DNA from: Bacteroidia bacterium
GTDB lineage: Bacteria > Bacteroidota > Bacteroidia > NS11-12g > UBA955
Direction: 5' to 3'
Length of the DNA: 64,000 bases
Assembly (NCBI GenBank): GCA_044224315.1
Contig: JBGAKR010000001.1
Location: 1,298,733 to 1,362,732 of the forward strand
Shown here: piece after piece, positions 57,852 to 64,000 of the stretch
Position numbering within the stretch: the first letter of the stretch is position 1
How the letters are laid out: every line of letters begins with the position of its first letter
Notes under the pieces: model-generated
Databases searched by the model: none
Told to the model about the DNA's origin: nothing
What the model saw: the letters and a program-made list of their open reading frames with translations, nothing else
Position numbers and translations under genes: made by a program

Positions 57852-59852
57852 TCACCGCAGTAACTGAAAATTACCTTTTTGTACAATCCGGTTGTTGCTG
57901 CAGTCTTTGTATTCCAATATATATACGTATATGCCCTCGGGTGCAGGTTGGTTTTTATAGGTGCCATCCCATGCGGGATATTCCTCATTTTTATAAACGC
58001 ATTGCCCCCAGCGGTTATAGATTTTTAAACTGGCAATGTAGGGGAGCTTGCTGTGCGGAAACCACTCATTGCGCCCATTGCCATCAGGGGTAAACGCATT
58101 GGGTACATAAATATTCTGACTGCCCCCAATGGGTGTAAACCTTATACTGTCTGTACTGATGCAGCCACGGGAGTTTGTTATCTGCACCCAGTATAGCCCT
58201 TCGCTGCTAATGTCTATATAAGGCGTTGTGGCACCTGTGCTCCATTTATATCTGTGGTTTGCAGGTGCCGATATTCTGCGAGGGGCCGAGAAACAGACCG
58301 AGTCATCGGGGCCCAGGGAAAACAGGGTGGAAGAGGATGTGTTCACCCAGAAAGGTTCGTTTAGCCAATTGCAACCCCCATTATACTGCAATATAAATTT
58401 ACCGGCCGAATCTATACGTTTCACATGGCTGGTATCTCCATCCCACCATAGCAGCGGCGAAAATCGATAGGGAATATTGAGCACGGTGTCGGTATTTTCA
58501 CACAAAAAGATCTGGTCTGTAAGACCTAACACGGCATCGGCGGTTGGTTTGATTTTAAATGAATCCAGGTAACTATCGCAAGGACCAAAGATTTGTACCC
58601 AGTATGTACCTATATTGCTAATGGTTTTGGAATGGCTTGTGTCCAGGTCATACCACATGGCGCGCTGCCCAGGTTTTAATATTCCTGCCAGGCTTCTAAA
58701 AACCGGTTTCCCCGGGCATACTGTAGTATCCTTCAGGTCAAACGGGCTCACCGGATTTTTTACAGTTACATCAAAGGTGTCGGTAAGGTTTACACATTTG
58801 GAAAGGTCGGTAAACAATACGGTATACTTTCCCAAGCTGTTGATACTTCTCTGGTTGAGCACCGAGCCATTGTCCCACTTGGTTAAAAGGTAGTTTGCCG
58901 GAAAATTAACGTTAAATAAAACGGGCGGACAAACTGCTGTATCCTTAAAAATATCCCGGTGAACCAAACTTGGCGATGAGGTATAAATCTGCATGGAATC
59001 TTTGCAGCTATTGCCATTATAATCAGTAATTGTAACAATGTAGGTGCCGGGGATGATGGGGTTTTTAAGCTTGGGCGACGAGATTTTGTTGTTGCCCAAA
59101 ATATTGGCGGCAGGTTGCCAATCATACGTATAGGTGTTGTCGCAGCTTACCCCATACTGTCCTACCCGGTTTGTGCCCAGGTAAATTTGGGAGTTTACGC
59201 AGTAAATAGTGTCGCGGCCAGCATTTACAATCAGTTTGCCGCTGCCAAAACTTATGTCGTCTACTCCAATGTTATGCCCCAATATATTGGCATCCAGGGT
59301 TTGTAAGCCGGCCTTGGCACTGGTAGCCGGGCCGCTGTTCCAGGTTCCGCTGATTTGTACCCATGTTTTGCTGCTATTGGCCACCGTTACACTGCTAGTT
59401 ATGGCTGTTCCGTTTATTGCCAGTCGTATGGTTGATGGATTGTCGCTGCTTACATTCATCGATACATACCAAAGGCTAAAGGTGTAATTGGTATTTTTTT
59501 CTACCGGTATATCCTGCCAGAATTCGTAGTTCCAGCCTGTTTTGGTGCGCGGATCGATGTATAAATAATAGCCCGATGAAGATCCGGGATTTTTATCAGC
59601 CACAGGCTCGTCGGCTACACCCGGCTGCAGCGCAGTGGTGGCCTGCCACCTGAAAACCGAATTGCCAAAAAACGGACTGGACGCGTTGGCCAGTGCATTT
59701 AGGGGGTTCAGTTTTAAACATACCAGGTTGCTGCTTTCAAAATTGCCGTTTTGCCATAGGTTTGCCACCGGACAAGTGCGCTGGGCTATGCTTAATTGGG
59801 ATGCAAAAGCAAAAATTAAAAGTATATAAAAGCGCATTGCAATTCGAAACAC
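57852..59852 (-). CDS. secreted protein with type-B T9SS C-terminal domain (gliding-motility-associated CTD)
   Basis: Signal MFRIAMRFYILLIFAFASQLSIAQ. C-terminal IYVPNAFTPDGNGRNEWFP...IYNRWGQCVY...WDGTYKNQPAPEGIYVYILEY matches the PNAFTPNGDGxND...NRWG type-B CTD. Confidence 0.8.
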   Translation of the reverse strand: MFRIAMRFYILLIFAFASQLSIAQRTCPVANLWQNGNFESSNLVCLKLNPLNALANASSPFFGNSVFRWQATTALQPGVADEPVADKNPGSSSGYYLYIDPRTKTGWNYEFWQDIPVEKNTNYTFSLWYVSMNVSSDNPSTIRLAINGTAITSSVTVANSSKTWVQISGTWNSGPATSAKAGLQTLDANILGHNIGVDDISFGSGKLIVNAGRDTIYCVNSQIYLGTNRVGQYGVSCDNTYTYDWQPAANILGNNKISSPKLKNPIIPGTYIVTITDYNGNSCKDSMQIYTSSPSLVHRDIFKDTAVCPPVLFNVNFPANYLLTKWDNGSVLNQRSINSLGKYTVLFTDLSKCVNLTDTFDVTVKNPVSPFDLKDTTVCPGKPVFRSLAGILKPGQRAMWYDLDTSHSKTISNIGTYWVQIFGPCDSYLDSFKIKPTADAVLGLTDQIFLCENTDTVLNIPYRFSPLLWWDGDTSHVKRIDSAGKFILQYNGGCNWLNEPFWVNTSSSTLFSLGPDDSVCFSAPRRISAPANHRYKWSTGATTPYIDISSEGLYWVQITNSRGCISTDSIRFTPIGGSQNIYVPNAFTPDGNGRNEWFPHSKLPYIASLKIYNRWGQCVYKNEEYPAWDGTYKNQPAPEGIYVYILEYKDCSNNRIVQKGNFQLLR

Positions 59853-60000
59853 AAAATTCTACTTAATAAACAAGAAACCAAATTATCACCCTGATTATTT
59901 GTCTGCGAGGGCATTTTATTACAATAAAATTAAATTATGGTTTAATTTTACGGCTACAGAAAAATTGAAAATAACTTAAAATTTTAATTCAATATTTTAA

Positions 60001-61233
60001 TTATTCTGTAACCAAAACAGGCCCCTTTATTACGCCGTGATCCGGCGCTTTGAGCACAAAGTAAAGATTGCCGGCGGGTAAATTTTCTTGTTTTATTTCA
60101 TATTCACCTGTATTAGAATAGGATTGATGAATTAGCTGACCCGATAAAGTAAAAATCTGTAAGGTATAAGTGCCTGGCAATGGGGCATTTATTTTTAGAA
60201 TAGAAGTAGAGGAAACAGGCTGTGGAAAAAGGGTATACCGGGCTGTTTCTGAAAAACTGGATACACCGTTTTGATTGCAGTTTGAAGCTGAGGCACAGCC
60301 AAACAAATCGGTGGTAGGAAAAGACCACGCATCCAAACAACAGATTACCGAAAATTGCCCACTAATATTCATTGGATAATAATCAGAAACAGACCGGGTT
60401 TGGGCCTCTACAATCAGCGTATCCAGGCTTAAATCTCCAAATTGCAGCACAGCCCCATGTAGTTTTTGATGGCCACAAAGGCTGGCCTGGTTATTTATAT
60501 ACACATAGCCGGTTTTGCCAGTCGCATAGTCTTGGTTCAGCAACACTGCATGGTAGATCAAAACAGTGTCGCCTTGGGTTGGTATATGGTTATTTACCCA
60601 GGTTTTGGCATCATTCCAATTGCCGTTTTCGCAGTTACTAATTGCCAGATGGGTATGTTTGCTCACTACCACCTCTTGGGTGCGCGCGCAGGTGCAGGCC
60701 GCCATACTGTCGAAAGTTGTAATTGTTACAGTATAGGTTCCATATGCTGTATAGTTGTGTTCCGGTGCTTTTTTTTCCGAAAAATTGCCATCACCAAAAT
60801 TCCAATGTGTTAAATATGCATATCCGGGGTCGTTTACAGGTTTGCTTCCATAACCGGTAGCATTAAATTTTACCATTTTATCGGCATAACCCGGAACTGC
60901 CAAAATGCGGGTTAAGCAAGTAGTGCATTGTTGAATTTCTACCTCCTGCAGTGTGGTGTCGCGGCATCCATCCACTGTATCGTGCACAATCAATTGCACT
61001 GGCACAATCTGGTGTTGTTTATAGCTATGGCTGGGCTGAAAAAGGGTTGAAGAAAAACCATCGCCAAAATCCCAGGTGTAGTGTAAATTTTTACCCACCG
61101 AAATATTGTAGAATTCGATACCAAAATTATTTTTTTCTACAATTGCAAAACTGGCCTTACAGGTATCTGTAGCCTTAAGGTTTTGGAATACAATTAAATA
61201 AATTAAAAATGGAATGAATTTTAATTTCCGCAT
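60001..61233 (-). CDS. PKD-domain T9SS cargo protein (type-A CTD)
   Basis: Start MRKLKFIPFLIYLIVFQNLKA at 61233. WDFGDGFSS and WNFGDGNFSEKKAPEHNYTAYGTYTVTIT are PKD hallmarks. CTD LFPQPVSSTSILKI...GTYTLQIFTLSGQLI...GNLYFVLKA. Confidence 0.75.
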   Translation of the reverse strand: MRKLKFIPFLIYLIVFQNLKATDTCKASFAIVEKNNFGIEFYNISVGKNLHYTWDFGDGFSSTLFQPSHSYKQHQIVPVQLIVHDTVDGCRDTTLQEVEIQQCTTCLTRILAVPGYADKMVKFNATGYGSKPVNDPGYAYLTHWNFGDGNFSEKKAPEHNYTAYGTYTVTITTFDSMAACTCARTQEVVVSKHTHLAISNCENGNWNDAKTWVNNHIPTQGDTVLIYHAVLLNQDYATGKTGYVYINNQASLCGHQKLHGAVLQFGDLSLDTLIVEAQTRSVSDYYPMNISGQFSVICCLDAWSFPTTDLFGCASASNCNQNGVSSFSETARYTLFPQPVSSTSILKINAPLPGTYTLQIFTLSGQLIHQSYSNTGEYEIKQENLPAGNLYFVLKAPDHGVIKGPVLVTE

Positions 61234-61329
61234 ACTGTTTAGACACAAAAATGAGAATAGGTTACACATATATTTATAAAATTTTGCGAGGACACAACTA
61301 GGACACAAGGATATATCCCACGGAATTGT

Positions 61330-61520
61330 GACTTGTTGGAATGGTTAATTATGTAAACTGTAAACTCCCTGTATCCTCCACTGCCCCCCGCCCCCACTCC
61401 CTGTAATCGCCTCCACTACCCCCCGCCCCCCACTCCCTGTAATCGCCTCCGCTATTCCCTATTCCCCACTTCCTGTAATCGCCTCCGCTATTCCCCATTC
61501 CCTATTCCCCATTCCCTATT
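61330..61520. repeat. C-rich tandem repeat (about 3.5 copies of a ~38-40-bp unit) in the divergent intergenic region before carB
   Basis: cactccctgtaatcgcctcc(a/g)cta(ccccccgccccc/ttccctattcccc) reiterated. Confidence 0.8.
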
Positions 61521-61580
61521 TATCAACAATGCAAGGCAACTCCGATTGCATGGGCTAATTTTGCGCAATTTTAGACATCC

Positions 61581-64000
61581 ATGCCAAAAGACCCCTCCAT
61601 TCGTTCTGTACTTATCATTGGCTCCGGCCCAATCATCATCGGACAAGCTTGCGAGTTTGATTACTCCGGCTCTCAGGCTGCCCGCAGTCTTCGCGAAGAA
61701 GGTATTGAAGTATCGCTGATCAACAGCAATCCGGCTACCATTATGACCGACAAAATGAACGCCGACCACGTTTATTTATGGCCATTAACCGCCGAAAGCG
61801 TTGAAAAAATATTGCAGGAAAGGCAAATTGATGCGGTGCTGCCTACTATGGGTGGCCAAACCGCATTAAACCTGGCCAAAGAATGCGATGAGCTGGGTAT
61901 TTGGGAAAAATACAACTGCCGCATTATTGGTGTAAACATTGCCGCCATCGACAAAATGGAGGACCGCGATAAATTCCGCGATCTGATGATTGAGTTGGGG
62001 GTAGGGGTAGCAGATGGTCAAATTGCTAATAGCTTTTTGGAAGGAAAAGAAGTTGCCCAACGCATTGGTTTTCCATTGGTTATACGCCCCAGTTATACAC
62101 TTGGTGGAACTGGAGGTAGCATTGTATTTAAGAAAGAAGATTTTGATACCGCCCTGCAGCGCGGACTTGAAGCCAGCCCTATACATGAAGTAATTGTAGA
62201 AAAAGCCGTAATGGGCTGGAAAGAATATGAACTTGAATTGCTGCGCGATGGCAAGGATGATATAGCCGTAATCTGTACCATCGAAAATTTTGACCCCATG
62301 GGCATTCACACCGGGGATTCTATCACCGTGGCGCCGGCCATGACCCTGAGTGATACTTGTTTCCAGGCCATGCGCGATATGGCATTTAAAATGATGCGCA
62401 GTATGGGCGTTTTTGCCGGGGGTTGCAATGTGCAGTTTTCGGTAAACCCCGAGGATGAGCAAATCATCGCCATCGAAATTAACCCCCGTGTGAGTCGCAG
62501 TTCGGCCCTGGCTTCGAAAGCTACGGGTTATCCCATTGCTAAAATTGCCGCCAAACTTGCAGTAGGTTATTATCTGGATGAACTGAAAAATCCGGTTACC
62601 AAAACTACTTCGGCCTTTTTTGAGCCCGCCATTGATTACGTAATTGTAAAAATACCGCGCTGGAACTTCGATAAATTCCACGGTTCAGACCGCCGCCTGG
62701 GTTTCCAGATGAAATCGGTGGGTGAGGTGATGGCCATTGGTCGCAGTTTTCAGGAAGCTCTGCAGAAAGCCTGTCAGAGCCTGGAGATAGGCCGCCATGG
62801 ATTGGGTGCCGACCGCCCTGCAGAACGCAACCTGGAAGTACTGGCCGATGGCCTGGAGCATGCCAGCTGGAACCGCATTTTTCAACTGAAAGATGCCCTG
62901 AGCCTGGGTGTTCCCATTAGCTCGGTACAAAAAATGACCCGCATAGATCGCTGGTTTTTGGAACAAATTGCCGATCTGGTAAAAACCGAAACGGATATAC
63001 GCCGGTTTAATATTGACAACTTGCCGGTGGATTTGCTTCGCGTAGCAAAGGAAAAAGGGTATAGCGATGAGCAAATAGCCTGGCTCATGGGCAATTGCAC
63101 CGCCGAGCAGGTGTACGAGAAACGAAAATCCCTGGGCATTCGCCGTGTATACAAAATGGTAGATACCTGCAGCGCCGAGTTTCCAAGTCCTACCAACTAT
63201 TTCTACAGCACTTTCGACGGAGAAAACGAGAGTGAATTTACCGAAAACAAAAAGAAAGTAATTGTACTGGGCAGTGGTCCGAACCGCATAGGCCAGGGGA
63301 TTGAGTTTGACTACAGCTGTGTACACGGAATTTTGGCTGCCCGCGAGGCGGGTTATGAAGCCATTATGGTAAACTGCAACCCCGAAACGGTAAGTACAGA
63401 CTTTGATATGGCCGACAAGCTGTATTTCGAGCCGGTGTATTGGGAACATTTGTGGGAGCTGATTGAATACGAAAAGCCCGAGGGTGTAATAGTGCAGTTG
63501 GGCGGTCAAACCGCATTGAAACTGGCCGAAAAACTCCACGAAAAAGGCGTAAAAATCATCGGTACCGATTTTGGCAGCATGGATCTTTCCGAAGACCGTG
63601 GCCGCTTTAGCGATCTGCTGGCCGAGTTGGATATTCCATACCCTAAATACGGTGTAGCCCTGGATGCCGAAGAAGCCATCAAAATTGCAAATGAAGTAGG
63701 TTACCCTGTATTGGTTCGCCCCAGCTATGTGTTGGGCGGACAAGGCATGGTAATCGTAATTAATGACGAGGACCTGGAAAAGGCGGTGGTAAAGCTTATG
63801 GGAGACCTGCCCGGCAACCGCGTGCTGATAGACCATTTCCTGGACCGTGCAGAAGAAACCGAAAGCGACAGTATTTGCGACGGAGATGAAGTACACATCA
63901 TAGGCATGATGGAACATATAGAGCCTGCCGGTATCCACAGCGGAGACAGCAGCGCCGTATTGCCTCCGTTCAGCCTCAGCGAAAACGTGAAAAACCAGAT
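61581..64000 (+). CDS. carB: carbamoyl-phosphate synthase large subunit (partial, continues beyond window)
   Basis: MPKDPSIRSVLIIGSGPIIIGQACEFDYSGSQA...LVIRPSYTLGGTGG...NPRVSRSSALASKATGYPIAKIAAKLAVGY, and a second ATP-grasp half KVIVLGSGPNRIGQGIEFDYSCVHG...VRPSYVLGGQGM. No stop inside the window. The minus-strand ORFs at 61488-63938 are antisense artefacts. Confidence 0.95.
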   Translation, partial: MPKDPSIRSVLIIGSGPIIIGQACEFDYSGSQAARSLREEGIEVSLINSNPATIMTDKMNADHVYLWPLTAESVEKILQERQIDAVLPTMGGQTALNLAKECDELGIWEKYNCRIIGVNIAAIDKMEDRDKFRDLMIELGVGVADGQIANSFLEGKEVAQRIGFPLVIRPSYTLGGTGGSIVFKKEDFDTALQRGLEASPIHEVIVEKAVMGWKEYELELLRDGKDDIAVICTIENFDPMGIHTGDSITVAPAMTLSDTCFQAMRDMAFKMMRSMGVFAGGCNVQFSVNPEDEQIIAIEINPRVSRSSALASKATGYPIAKIAAKLAVGYYLDELKNPVTKTTSAFFEPAIDYVIVKIPRWNFDKFHGSDRRLGFQMKSVGEVMAIGRSFQEALQKACQSLEIGRHGLGADRPAERNLEVLADGLEHASWNRIFQLKDALSLGVPISSVQKMTRIDRWFLEQIADLVKTETDIRRFNIDNLPVDLLRVAKEKGYSDEQIAWLMGNCTAEQVYEKRKSLGIRRVYKMVDTCSAEFPSPTNYFYSTFDGENESEFTENKKKVIVLGSGPNRIGQGIEFDYSCVHGILAAREAGYEAIMVNCNPETVSTDFDMADKLYFEPVYWEHLWELIEYEKPEGVIVQLGGQTALKLAEKLHEKGVKIIGTDFGSMDLSEDRGRFSDLLAELDIPYPKYGVALDAEEAIKIANEVGYPVLVRPSYVLGGQGMVIVINDEDLEKAVVKLMGDLPGNRVLIDHFLDRAEETESDSICDGDEVHIIGMMEHIEPAGIHSGDSSAVLPPFSLSENVKNQ

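Noticed and set aside
61488-63938. Minus-strand ORFs of 93, 60, 271, 417 and 104 aa
   Set aside because: They lie antisense within carB, whose plus-strand translation is unmistakable. They are artefacts of high-GC coding DNA.

Overview
This 64-kb window looks like a Bacteroidota chromosome segment, plausibly Chitinophagaceae/Sphingobacteriia-like. The evidence is many proteins carrying type-A or type-B T9SS C-terminal sorting domains, an OmpH/Skp chaperone, TAnnTTTG-type -7 promoter motifs and no Shine-Dalgarno dependence. Almost every gene lies on the minus strand.

- **1-10.4 kb:** AT-rich accessory block with a tightly coupled six-gene operon and no intergenic gap over 31 nt. In operon order it encodes a DUF262/DUF1524 (GmrSD-like) nuclease, a UvrD-like SF1 helicase, a PD-(D/E)xK Cas4/RecB-like nuclease module, a second DUF262/DUF1524 protein, a Type III Mod-like DNA methyltransferase, and a PIF1-like helicase with an N-terminal membrane anchor. 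I cannot match this arrangement to a named defence system, so I treat it as a candidate new restriction-like system. The helicase and the 278-aa nuclease ORF appear to be two halves of one helicase-Cas4-like nuclease, split at a TGATG overlap next to an A6 tract.
- **10.5-20 kb:** an RHS/YD-repeat toxin with an overlapping small YD-repeat + T9SS-CTD protein; an MqsR-toxin / MqsA-HTH-Panacea-antitoxin module with a possible third cistron; and a roughly 1.1-kb GC-rich islet holding an unknown 249-aa gene.
- **20-29 kb:** an unusual repeat landscape with four arrays built on the palindromic core CCGATATCGG, two copies of a composite hairpin-rich element flanking a 1313-aa T9SS cargo gene, and (ACATTTT)n microsatellites around a polytopic GT-C-like membrane protein.
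- **29-61 kb:** a co-oriented cluster of about nine T9SS cargo genes, each followed by an intrinsic terminator. It includes two tandem giant paralogs of 2141 and 2338 aa that share a roughly 0.9-kb near-identical block at a ~6645-bp offset, and two pairs of repeat-module paralogs.
- **61.6-64 kb:** carB, carbamoyl-phosphate synthase large subunit, partial, plus strand.

No rRNA, tRNA, CRISPR array, transposase or integrase was recognised.
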